Origin: Neoconidiobolus thromboides FSU 785
Taxonomy: Eukaryota > Fungi > Entomophthoromycota
NCBI GenBank assembly: GCA_025603075.1
Contig: MU626398.1
Span: 1-52,029 of the forward strand
Reading direction: 5' to 3'
Length of the DNA stretch: 52,029 bases
A program made the position numbers and the translations under genes. Below the pieces are notes generated by a model. It did not search any database and was not told the DNA's origin. It was given only the letters and a program-made list of their open reading frames with translations. Within the stretch, counting starts at the first letter, position 1, and the number at the start of each line of letters is the position of its first letter. Below, piece by piece: positions 34,550-46,803 of this stretch.

Positions 34550-36627
34550 ATGTATTAACTAATTATTCTTTTGATTATATTTGTTTCTGTCATTTCCATT
34601 TTTATTGTTGTATATAATTTATTAATAAATATTTCATTCTCATAATACTTTATTTTTATTATGCTTTGTCTTTGTAAATTGAAATTTATTTTAATTATAT
34701 AACTCAAAGTTTATCAGTTATCAGCTTTATCCAAAATTATACTATTGCATATAATAGTTGTTTTCAAATAAAAACATAATATTCTATTATGTAAATAAAA
34801 TTTAAACAATATGTATATTTTCAGTTTTTTATTATAAAAAGCTTTTTACTTTTTTAGCTATATTAAAGCTTTTATATTATAAGTAAACAAAATAGTCTCA
34901 TATTTCTTAAATTAAATATGCACGTCCAATATTAAAATATAGTTAAAAATATTACAAACAAAAGTAGAGTATAAAGTGCTATAAAATCAAATATAGATCA
35001 AATAGGCCTTTTAATTCAAAAAGTTATAATAGTAAATAAAAACTACCATATAAACCCATATGTACCTGCATATTATATACAATTCTATAAATAAAACTTA
35101 GTAATCAATTATAGTTGAATTTTATATGATTTTCAATTTTCAATTTTACTTTTTATTGCTGTTTACTTAATACAATCTTGTTTAACATCATTAGTTATTA
35201 AAGAATTATAAAAATATAATATTTTGTAGATTAATACATACAAGTTTAAAATTAAATAATTTTAAAGTGTTTAAATTGACTATAGAATATTTCCTAAAAT
35301 AAAAAAGATTATTTTCTTTAAATTAGCTTCTAAACCTATTAAAATAAATTACTGATAAGCAAACTGATAAAACATTATATTCGTTTATAGCTATTTCCTA
35401 AAACTCATTATCAAATATTTTGTTTATATTATATGATTTAGTTGTTTGCTTTTTATCATACAACTATAACGATAAGTTTATCCAAGTAGTTGGTATTAAA
35501 CTTAAAACGTTGATAAAATATAAATCAATTTAATCTAAAGATAAAAATTAAGATAATAGATATCTTTCAATGTTTTTATTTTTATCTTTTTTTTGAAAAA
35601 TCAAGTTAAACAGCATATTGGGAATTTATTAAATTATAAATAGATATTGTTTTAGCAAAAAATCATCGGATATATTTTTCCTGTTATTTTCATTAGATGA
35701 TATAATTCTAGTAATCTGTAAGGGATACAAACCCTTATCATTTTCTTTTTAAAAGGAAGCATAAACCATAGTTTGATTGTACTGAATGATGAAATAGTTG
35801 GTGTTTTTTAAGGGATGGAATTTACTATCTTTCAAAGATAAGATCCTTATTTTTTATAATTAAACTATAAACTAATTAGTATACTATTAACAGTAATAAA
35901 ATAAATAAAACAGCATATATTTTATATGAGAGAGAGTAAAACCATTTTATTAATAAATTCGGATTATTGTATAATGTCCTTCTTTTTAACTGAGGTATAA
36001 TTATAATTAATTCACGATAATTATCTATTTTTTTCGGTTGAAATTGATTCACCCCTGTAATCTGGAAAAATAAGAATGATCTTGTTATTGGCTTAAACTA
36101 ATACAGATATCCTCTTTTTTCCCACGGTCATACTCCTAATAGTTACTTAGTCTATGCAAAAGCCAATAATTAGCATTGACTTTATTATTAAGGGAGGACA
36201 ATCAAGTTACGAAAAAGTCCAATTAAATACGATAGATGGATCATTTATTACAAATCAGCAATCGCCACTTGATCATTTTCAGATATGATTGGTGGATCCG
36301 AAAAGATAAGATTTAACTTAAATTTTTGTGGTGGAGTTTGTATTCATTCACTAAATCAATTAAAATAACTAAAGGATGGTTGGTTATTCCTTGAATGACG
36401 GAAATAGGCCAATTAAATCTAAACTGCCTTAAGGGATATTATGATGAAAAAAATTTCCCACGGTAAAAAGTATAAAAGGATGGCTATAGTCATCTTGTTA
36501 CCCTTGATTAAATTAACAGGATATTCAATTACACATTTTTTAAAAAAGTATCAAACTTTTAATTTTATTTACTCAATCGTAGCAGATAATTCAATCTTTA
36601 TTTTTTTATTTTATTTTTATATAAACA

Positions 36628-39600
36628 ATGACTTTTACTGTTCATAAAAAATTTCTCGGTAAATTGGTTCTTGTTTTTGTATTTCATGTACTAATTTTAA
36701 TTTAGGCGGTAATTCTGTTGAGATAGCACGTAGTGGTATAGTAAGTGACTTCGTAAAAAAAAACGGTGGTCATACTGTTATCACTAAAGTTTTGATTGCA
36801 AATAATGGTATTGGTGCAGTCAAAGAAATTCGATCCGTACGCAAATGGGCTTATGAAACCTTTGGAAATGAAAGAGCCATTGAGTTTACTGTTATGGCCA
36901 CACCTGAAGATTTAAAAGCAAATGCTGAATATATTCGTATGGCTGATCAATATGTTGAAGTTCCAGGGGGCACTAATAATAATAACTATGCCAATGTTGA
37001 ACTTATTGTAGATATTGTTGAAAGAACTGGAGTCCACGTAAATTTTATCTCATTTTATTTTTATTGTGACTAATTTAGTTTTCAATTTTATAGGCTGTTT
37101 GGTAATTATTACGAGTTTTATTTACTTTCATATATTAACTTCATTTTTATTTTTCTTAATCTAATTTAGGGCTGGATGGTAATATTTTTTTTGTTTTATG
37201 ACATTACGTAAGCTAATTGAAAATTAGGGGTCACGCTTCAGAAAATCCTCGTTTACCAGAATCATTACAAAAAAGCAAAAATAAAGCCGTTTTTATAGGC
37301 CCTCCAGGATCTGCCATGCGCTCTCTTGGTGATAAAATTTCATCCACCATCGTTGCACAATCTGCTGATGTACCTACATTAGGTTGGTCTGGGTCCCATA
37401 TCTCAGAAACTGCTGAAGATGAAAACGGCCACATTACAGTACCAGACCATGCCTATTCTCAAGCATGTGTTACAAATGTACAGGAGGGTTTAGAAAGAGC
37501 CAATCAAATAGGTTATCCTGTAATGATTAAGGCTTCTGAAGGTGGAGGCGGTAAAGGTATTCGTAAAGTCGAAGATGAAGAGAACTTTAACCATTGTTTT
37601 AACCAAGTGTTAAGTGAAGTGCCTGGATCGCCTGTCTTTATTATGAAATTGGCTGGAAATTCACGTCATTTAGAAGTCCAACTTTTAGCTGATCAATATG
37701 GTAATGCTATCTCAATCTTTGGTCGTGATTGTTCAGTTCAGCGTCGTCATCAAAAAATTATTGAAGAAGCTCCTGTTACCATTGCTAAACCAGATACATT
37801 TGAAAAGATGGAGAAAGCTGCAGTGAGGTTAGCTAAATTAGTTGGCTATGTTAGTGCTGGTACTGTTGAATATCTCTATTCTCACTCTGACGATAAATTT
37901 TATTTTCTTGAACTTAATCCAAGGCTTCAAGTTGAGCATCCTACCACTGAAATAGTATCTGGTGTCAATCTTCCAGCTGCACAACTTCAGGTTGCTATGG
38001 GCTTACCTCTTCATCGTATCAGAGATGTTCGTCTTCTATATGGTGTTGATCCTCATGGAAATACACCTATTGATTTCGACTTTGCCAACCCTAATTCCCA
38101 AGAAGTTCAGAGGAAGCCTGCTCCGCAAGGTCATGTAATTGCAGTACGTATTACCGCTGAAAATCCTGATGCTGGATTTAAACCTAGTGGTGGTATAATG
38201 CAAGATTTAAATTTCCGCTCTAATACTAACGTATGGGGGTATTTCTCCGTTAGTTCAAATGGTGGTCTTCATGAATTTGCTGATTCACAATTTGGGCATA
38301 TTTTTGCTTTTGGTGAAAATCGTCAACAATCTCGCAAAAATATGGTTGTAGCATTAAAAGAACTTTCTATCCGAGGTGATTTCCGCACTACTGTCGAATA
38401 CCTTATTCGACTTCTTGAAACTAATGAATTTACTGATAACACTATTAACACTGGTTGGCTTGATACCTTGATCTCAGCTAAGCTTACCGCTGAACGTCCA
38501 GACACCACTCTAGCCATCCTTTGTGGTGCAGCTTATAAAGCTCATACTGCTAATGAAAAACTCCGTAACGATTTTAAGACTTCATTGAAGAAAGGTCAAG
38601 TTTTAGCCAAAGATACCCTTAAAACAACTTTCCATATTGATTTCAACTATGAAGGATCTCGTTATAATTTCGTATCAACTGCTTCTGGTCCAAATAATTA
38701 TAACTTGTTTATAAATGGTTCGAAAGCCCAAGTGGAGATAAAGAATTTATCTGATGGTGGTTTCTTAGTACTTTTAGATGGTCGCAGTCATACAATCTAT
38801 TGTCGTGAAGAAGTAGGAAACTCTCGTATTATGATTGATGGCAAAACCTGTTTACTTGAAGAAGAGAACGATCCAACTCAACTTCGTTCTCCTTCGCCTG
38901 GTAAACTTATTCAGTTCTTGGTTGAATCAGGTGATCATATTAATGCTGGTCAAGCTTATGCTGAAATTGAAGTCATGAAAATGTATATGCCTTTAGTTGC
39001 GACTGAAAATGGTACAGTATTATTTACTAAACAACCTGGTTCCACTTTAGAAGCTGGTGATATTCTTGGTATATTGACCCTTGATGACCCTAGTCGTGTA
39101 AAGCATGCTACACCTTTCACTGGCCAGCTTCCAAACTTAGGTTCACCACATATCCAAAGCAATAAAGTACACCAAAGATTAAGAGAAACCCTCCAAGTAA
39201 TTGATTGGGCGCTTAAAGGATATGATAATCAAGCTCTCCTCCAAAGCAACATCAAAACGTTGTTTGAGCTCTTAAGAAACCCAGAGCTACCATACTTAGA
39301 ACTTAATGAAGTCCTTGCTTCATTATCTGGACGTATTCCAAGCGCATTAGATAATCAATTACATGACCTTCTCGAGGATTCCAAATCTAAAGATCGTGAT
39401 TTCCCAGCTGCCCAATTACGCAAGATTACAGATGATTTCATCAAATCTGTACAACCAGGATCCGATCTCGTTAAACTTTTAGCTGCAATTACTCCAGTAT
39501 CTAAAACCATCGAAGATTATTCTGAAGGATTAGCTTATCATGAAAAACATGTTGTAAGTCAACTTCTCCAAAAATACTACAGTGTAGAACACTTGTTCGA

Positions 39601-42600
39601 CCAACCCAACTCTCGTGAAGAAGAAGCTGTATTAAAATTAAGAGATGCAAATAAGGAATCACTTGACGAAGTTGTTGATACTGTTCTTTCTCATGCTCGT
39701 GTAGCTGGTAAAAACAATCTCATCATTTTGTTGCTTAGTCAAATCAACTTTGAGAGCTCAACCGATAGCGCTAATTGCATTTATACACCAGTTCTCAAAA
39801 ACTTGGCTTCATTAAGTACTCGTGGAACCGCAAAGGTAGCTCTTAAAGCTCGCGAAATGTTAATTCATTCTCAATTACCATCTTACGAAGAACGTTACAA
39901 TCAAATGAATACCATTTTACTTAACTCTGTAACTATGAGTTATTATGGTGGTGGCTGTGATCTTCGTTCTCCATCATTTGATACCTTAAAAGACTTAGTG
40001 GTAACCAATTTTAATGTTGAAGATGTACTCCAAAACTTTTTCTTTTCTGAAAATCTCTATCTTCGTATGGCTGCGATGGAGGTTTATGCACGTCGTTCTT
40101 ACCATGCTTACGAAATCCTCGAAACTAGCCATCATTTTGATGAAAATGAAAATGAAACTCCTATTTTAGAATGGAATTTCACTTTACATGATTACTCAAT
40201 TGATTCATTAAAAGCTAGTGGCTTGTTCTCACAAAGTAAGAGAGCTGCATCTATTTCCGATTTAAGTTATATGGTCAAAAATATCGAAAAGCTTCCTACC
40301 CGTAAAGGTGTGATGGCTACCTTCGATACTATTGACGAGATCCCAGAAAAAATTGCAAGGATTTTCTCAGTTTTCCCGATCATTCAACAAACAGATGATA
40401 GTCTAAATAATGACGATAACTTCCCCAACGTTTTGAGTTTAGCTATTAAATCTCAATCGCCATCTGAGGATTCTAAGTTTGCTCAAGCTGTTCGCTCAAT
40501 TTTAACTCAATATGCTTCTGAGCTTCGTTCTCGTGGTATTCGTCGTGTTTCTATTGTTACTGTTCGTGACGGAAAACAACCAGGTATATTTACCTTCCGT
40601 GAAAGAGAAGATTACAATGAAGATCAAACAATTCGTCACATTGAACCTGCAACAGCTTATCAATTGGAGCTTTCTCGTATGTCCAACTTCAATCTTACTC
40701 CATGTTTCATTGAAAATCGACAATTACATGTTTATTATGGTACTGGTAAAGATAATTTATCTGATCAAAGATTTTTCGTTAGAGCTCTTGTCAGACCTGG
40801 GCGTCTTCGTTCAACCACTCCTACTCAAGACTATCTTATCTCTGAAGGTGATCGCCTATTAAGTGATGTCCTTGATGGTCTCGAGCTTTTATCATCAACT
40901 CATCCAAAATGTGATTGTAACCAAATATTTGTAAGCTTTATCCCAACTTTTTCATTAGAACCGGAAGAGGTTACAGCTGCTCTCCAACAGTATATTTTAC
41001 GCCATGGAAAGCGTCTTTGGAGATTACGTGTAACTGAAGCTGAAATCCGTTTCACTATCCGTAGTCGAAAATCAGATGGCCCATTAACACTTCGTTTCTG
41101 TATTAACAATGTTTCTGGTTATGTACCAAATGTTGAACTTTACGTTGAAACTAAAAATCAAGAAGGGGTCACTATCCTTAAATCATTCACTGGTTCCCCA
41201 AGTACTCTCCACCTTCAGCCAGTACTTACTCCATATCAACCCAAAGAATGGCTTCAGCCTAAACGTTATTCCGCTCATATTATGGGAACTACTTACGTTT
41301 ATGATTTCCCAGAACTTTTCCGTCAAGCTTTAAGTATTCAATGGAGTAAATTTGCTGAAACAAACCCAGATGTTATTATCCCAGCTATCCTTCTTAAAGA
41401 GAGTGAATTGGTATTAGATGAGAATGGTGAGTTGCAAGAATCTACTCGTCCTGCCGGATCTAATACTTGTGGTATGGTAGCTTGGAAGTTTGTTTTATAC
41501 ACTCCTGAATTCCCACAAGGACGTGAAGTTATTGTAATTTCTAATGATATCACATTTAAGATTGGTTCCTTTGGTCCATCTGAGGATTATCTTTTCTTTA
41601 AAGCTTCTCAGTATGCACGTAAATTCGGAATTCCTCGTGTCTATTTATCTGCCAATTCTGGTGCTAGAATTGGTTTAGCTGAAGAAGTTAAAGGGCTCTT
41701 TAAAGTTAAATGGAACAAAGCAGATGATCCATCAAAAGGATATGAATATTTGTACCTTACTCCAGAAGACTATAACGCTCTTAATGGAGAACGTCGTCGT
41801 AGTGTAAATGCTACTCTTACCGAAGATGAAGGAGAAAAACGTTATGTTATTGATGATATTATTGGACAAGCTGATGGTCTTGGTGTAGAATCATTAAGAG
41901 GTTCTGGTATGATTGCTGGTGAAACTTCTCGCGCTTATGAGGATATATTTACCCTCACTGTTGTTACTTGCCGTTCAGTAGGTATTGGTGCTTATCTCGT
42001 ACGTTTGGGACAACGTACTATTCAAAATGAAGGCCAGCCAATTATCCTTACTGGTGCTCCAGCTCTTAATAAAGTCCTTGGTCGTGAAGTATATAGCTCC
42101 AATTTACAACTTGGTGGTACTCAAATTATGTACAAGAATGGTGTTTCTCATTTGACTGCTGAAAATGATTTAGACAGTGTTGATAAGACCCTCACTTGGT
42201 TAAGCTATGTACCCAAAGTTCGTGATGGTGCCTTGCCAATTCTTAAGGTTAATGATCCGGTTGATCGTACTGTTGATGTTGAACCAACTAAAGGAACTCA
42301 AGATCCAAGAGATTGGATTACTGGCCACCCTTCTACAGATAAACCTGAAACTTGGGTATCTGGTTTCTTTGATAAAGGTACGTTTAATGAAACTTTATCT
42401 GGATGGGCACGTACTGTAATTACTGGTCGTGCTCGTTTAGGAGGTATTCCAGTAGGTATTATTGCTGTCGAAACTCGTACTGTAGAGCATATCATTCCAG
42501 CTGATCCAGCAAATCAAAATTCTGAAGAGCAAACCATGATTGAAGCCGGTCAAGTATGGCATCCAAATTCTGCTTACAAAACATCTCAAGCAATTAAAGA

Positions 42601-43510
42601 CTTTAACAATGGTGAACAACTTCCATTGATGATCTTTGCTAACTGGCGTGGTTTCTCTGGTGGTCAACGTGATATGTATTACGAAGTTCTTAAATATGGG
42701 TCTTATATTGTAGATGCTCTCACTCAATATAAACAACCTGTATTTGTTTATGTCATTCCAAATGGTGAACTTCGTGGTGGAGCTTGGGTAGTCTTAGATC
42801 CAACTATTAACGAAGATATGATGGAAATGTATGCTGATAAGAAATCCAGAGCTGGTGTACTCGAACCAGAAGGTATCGTTGGTATTAAGTTCAGAAAACC
42901 ACAGCTCCTTGAAACTATGGAGCGTCTTGATTCAATCTATAATGAACTCAAAAAGAAACTCAAATTATCTAAAGATGATAAAGAAACTGCCGAATTACAA
43001 GCTCAGATTACAAAGAGAGAAGAGTTACTCTTACCAATTTATAATCAAGTAGCTGTTCAATTCGCTGATCTCCATGATCGTTCTGGCAGAATGAAAGCTA
43101 AAGGAACCATTCGTGAAGAAATTGAATGGAAAACTTCACGTAGTTACTTCTACTGGCGCTTACGTGTCCGTTTAGCTGAAGAAAAACTTTACAACGACGT
43201 ACTTAAAGTCAGTCCTAAATTTTCTCGCCAACAACTTAAAAAGACTTTTGAACAATGGTATACAAGTAGCCTAAATGTTTCAAATACTCCAATCAATGAT
43301 GAAAGTTTGGCTAAATTCTTAGAGTCTGCTCCAAAGGGTGATTTCTTATCTCGTATTGGAAAACAATTATCTGAAAAGGTTGCTGAAGAGTTGCTAATAA
43401 CTGCTGAACAATTCCCAGAAGCTGCTATGGATGGGTTTATTAAGGTGTTTGAAAAACTTACTCCTGAAGCAAGAAAAGCTGCTTTACAGAGATTAGCTTC
43501 CTTAAAATAA
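36628..43510 (+). CDS. ACC1: Acetyl-CoA carboxylase (BC-BCCP-CT), ~2220 aa, 5 exons including two micro-exons
   Basis: Exons 36628-36658, 36706-37037, 37094-37101, 37170-37178, 37228-43510 total 6663 nt. They restore [14 protein letters not shown]...VHAVWAGWGHASENP. Biotin site EVMKM; CT motifs NSGARIG and GVESLRGSG. Confidence 0.98.
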
Positions 43511-43884
43511 TTTTAATCTTCTCTGCTCCATATTTCAACTGCTACTACTTTTTTATTTTATGAATTAAATATATATCCCGTTTTAAACATTATTTTTTTT
43601 TCTTGAAAAGTTTATAGACCTTAATTTTTTTCTGAAAATTAGAAAACTATGTGAAAGACCAAAGAGGTAAAGTATTTTGAAGATATTACTTATTAAAATA
43701 TTATATCAATTAGTATATTGTATTAAAAGTAACTTTATCTCTATTTTACTATTTATTATTTTTACTATTTTTATTTATATTATATTTGATTATTATTTGA
43801 TTATTTTTTACTATTTTTATCCACCATGGAATTTAAAAAACGTTTGGGTAAATTCTAAAACTAAAAATGTCCATGATACAGCTT

Positions 43885-44034
43885 CTGCAACTCTACTGTG
43901 ATCTAATTTGTGAGATTTTTAGTGTCATTCATTTATTTGTCTAATTTTTTAAAGTCTCAATTCTAGTTTCTTCTTGATTTTGGCAAAGGTTTATCCTTAA
44001 ATGAACAATTAGTCAAATCACAATAGAGTTGCAG
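43885..44034. repeat. Short imperfect inverted repeat (18-bp arms)
   Basis: CTGCAACTCTACTGTGAT (43885-43902) versus ATCACAATAGAGTTGCAG (44017-44034): 17/18 complementary. Confidence 0.7.
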
Positions 44035-44724
44035 CAATTGCAATAGTAACAAAAAAGTTCAAGCTGTAAATCAAAATACTAGGTGATTTATCAGTTGACC
44101 ATTAAACTAATATAACCATTGTTATATAGTTGTTCTTCATAGAACCTTTATATTACTATAGCTTTTATTTTTTAATATAATAATATTTTCATTGACTTGT
44201 TGCAACTTTGTATTTTGAGTAATTAGTGCCACAAAATTAAATAACTACTTAACATTTGTCAAAGGAAACATCGTAATAGTATTTATATTATGAAGTTTTA
44301 TTATGAGCCAAGGGATTAGCTTTAGAACAAGTTATATCTAATCAAATTACTTTAGGCGTTTTGCGATTTTAATTGGAAAACCCGAAGGTAACTCTTTTAA
44401 GAAATTATTTGACTTTACATTATATTATTGTTATAATCAAAGTAAAAATGTATACTAATTTTGTATTGCTTGATACCACTTGAGATCTCTATAAATAACA
44501 AGTTACCAAGAAATCAATAAATTATAAGCAAAATATCGTTGAATATAGAATAATAATGATAGTTTATCCCTAACTTAATCTCTCTAGAAATTTTATAAGC
44601 ATGAAAAGAGGCCAATTGCAGGATTTGAATAATTATAAAATTCGATAAGTTTCATTTGTTCAAAGTGTGCAAATAGAAGCTTAAATTAAGTTGATTTAAA
44701 ATTACAGCACTCATTTTTTAGATA

Positions 44725-46425
44725 ATGACTAAACAAACTTTACATGAAGACATAAACAAAAAAGAGAGTGAAGAAATACAATTCAAATATTTTGTGCCTT
44801 TAAATAAGAGACCAGTCAAATCAAAGCCTATTTGGAAGAAGGATGGAAAGCATAGTACATTTAAGGTTGAAATTTCTAGACCTGAAGACAATCAAAAAGA
44901 TATACAAAACATGAAAAATAAAAGCCTCAAACTTGTATTCTCTCAAAAAAATGTCAAGGTGATAACAACTTTACCCAAAAGTATGAGTGCTACTATAAAC
45001 AATTGGAAGGCTATTTCAATGTACCAGTCTATGCTTAAAGCTCAGCCTACAACTAAAGATCAATTATGGGTTCGAAAAGATGGGACTTTTGACTACTTTG
45101 GATGGAGCCCACTTGGACATATCATTGTAGCTTATTTATCAGTCCACTTAAAAGTCAAAAAGGAAAAACAAGTAATAAGTATAAATTTAGATAACTTTCA
45201 AAAGGAACAAGTGGTGAGGATTATACGCGCCAGAGATTTAAGTAATGATTGGTTTGAAAATCTTGCTATTGATGCTTACTTTGAATATTTTCACTATTAT
45301 TTACCAATTGTAGAAGAAGAAAGGGTTCGTATAAAAAATAACTCTTTACTAAAAAGAGTCGTCATATCAATAGGCTATAACTATATTATAAACAACAAAT
45401 TACAAGACGAAGTTTTTAATTTACTAGATGCTGCTTTGTTAAATATGCTAAGTAAATACTACTTTGTTCCAAACATTGATACAGTTACTTCCCTTATACT
45501 TATATCCAATTTTCAGGCATTAAGATTTCATAGGACAAAAGTTTGGATTTATATAAATAGCGCAATCGGCTTAAGTTGTCTACTTGGATTAAACAGGCCA
45601 TCTCCGAAGATGTTGAAGCTTTCAAAATCTCAGATAAGGCACCGTTGCCACCAATGGTGGACTTGCTGTATACAAGACAAAGCTTTCGCTTTAACCTTAA
45701 ATAGGCCCATGTCAATTTCTCCAGATGGCTGGCGTATTCCATATCCTAAATACGAAATTTATAAAAAGCAGCCCCATTTTCCGGATTATCAAGCAGAAAA
45801 AGAAATCAAACACTTTGCTTCTTTAGTTAATTTGAAAGGAATGGCTCAAATATCAGAAATAGGAGGAATCATCAAGCTTGAGTTTAATTCAGACAAAGCA
45901 AAATCAAACCTACTTGAAAGAAAATTGGAGCAAATTTTAGCAAAGCTACAATTATGCAAGAGCCTGTATGTTAAAGAAATGACGGAAGTTTATTGTAACC
46001 AGCCTAAATGGGTGTTTGATATCTGTCATAAGTTCCTACTATCGCACTCTATAATCCATAATGATATAGTAATTGAAACTATCAATTCATTCAATCGCAT
46101 CTGTGGTGCTGAAATGGCAAAAAAATATGAGAAAAAGTATCTTGAAGCAGCTGCTTCTGTAATTATAGCTTGCGAAAGTTTAGGAGAATCATTTTTTAAA
46201 TATGGTAGGCTATTTAGGTTTATATGCTTAAGTACTGCAACGGTAGTTTTTGCTAAAAAATTCTGCTATGAAGATATAGGGAAGAAAGACGAAAACATTC
46301 CATTTGATGTACAGAGTTATCTTAAAAAAGGGCTTGTGATACTAGAAAAATCTAAAGTATACTATCCAATTACCTCCTATGCTTTAAATTTAATTTATTC
46401 TTTACTGAAACCCAACAAAAAATGA
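44725..46425 (+). CDS. Fungal-specific transcription-factor-domain (Fungal_trans/MHR) protein with no Zn2Cys6 cluster in the ORF
   Basis: AIDAYFEYFHYYLPIV, TVTSLILISNF, WIYINSAIGLSCLLGLNR, RCHQWWTCCIQDKAFALTLNRPMSI; intronless 566 aa. Confidence 0.85.
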   Translation: MTKQTLHEDINKKESEEIQFKYFVPLNKRPVKSKPIWKKDGKHSTFKVEISRPEDNQKDIQNMKNKSLKLVFSQKNVKVITTLPKSMSATINNWKAISMYQSMLKAQPTTKDQLWVRKDGTFDYFGWSPLGHIIVAYLSVHLKVKKEKQVISINLDNFQKEQVVRIIRARDLSNDWFENLAIDAYFEYFHYYLPIVEEERVRIKNNSLLKRVVISIGYNYIINNKLQDEVFNLLDAALLNMLSKYYFVPNIDTVTSLILISNFQALRFHRTKVWIYINSAIGLSCLLGLNRPSPKMLKLSKSQIRHRCHQWWTCCIQDKAFALTLNRPMSISPDGWRIPYPKYEIYKKQPHFPDYQAEKEIKHFASLVNLKGMAQISEIGGIIKLEFNSDKAKSNLLERKLEQILAKLQLCKSLYVKEMTEVYCNQPKWVFDICHKFLLSHSIIHNDIVIETINSFNRICGAEMAKKYEKKYLEAAASVIIACESLGESFFKYGRLFRFICLSTATVVFAKKFCYEDIGKKDENIPFDVQSYLKKGLVILEKSKVYYPITSYALNLIYSLLKPNKK

Positions 46426-46803
46426 TCATTATTAATTTGCTTATCGCTATTGCCAAGTGTAAATATATATCCTCTTTTTATGTATAACTATTATAACTTT
46501 ATTAATAAACACCCTTACTTTTAGCATCCATTTAAAAATAAAAGATACTCTAATTTTGAACTTGTTTAATAGCGATTTAGAAATATGTTAGCTGTTATTA
46601 CTTTCAATTATACATAATAGCTTTATACTTTTAAGTAGATATTACCAAACATCTAAAAATAATATTTACTGATATCTAATACTTCATCCATTCTCAATTC
46701 TAATAAATTCATATACTCTTGAATTTTTCTTAAATTATTTGCAAAATATGCAGCTATTAATTTTAAATTTTGGTTCATTTGATTTTTGATCTTTTCGAAA
46801 AAA

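Noticed and set aside
35650-36480. Scattered words LDDIILV, ISIDFII and KGYYDEKN in RT-integrase-chromodomain order (Ty3/Gypsy-like)
   Set aside because: Each match is only 5-8 residues, they are in different frames with many stops, and the spacing is far too short for a pol gene; no LTR found. A frameshift-aware HMM search would be needed.
37231-43052. Many short ORFs nested in or antisense to ACC1, and 30989-31210 antisense to ARO1
   Set aside because: Expected by-products of long, codon-biased coding sequence.
43825-43900. CCACCATGG Kozak-like start followed by a GT...AG (MEFKKRLASATLL*), and the 74-aa ORF 43677-43901
   Set aside because: The product is only 13 aa; the long ORF is a T/A-rich 3'UTR tract with a TTG start.
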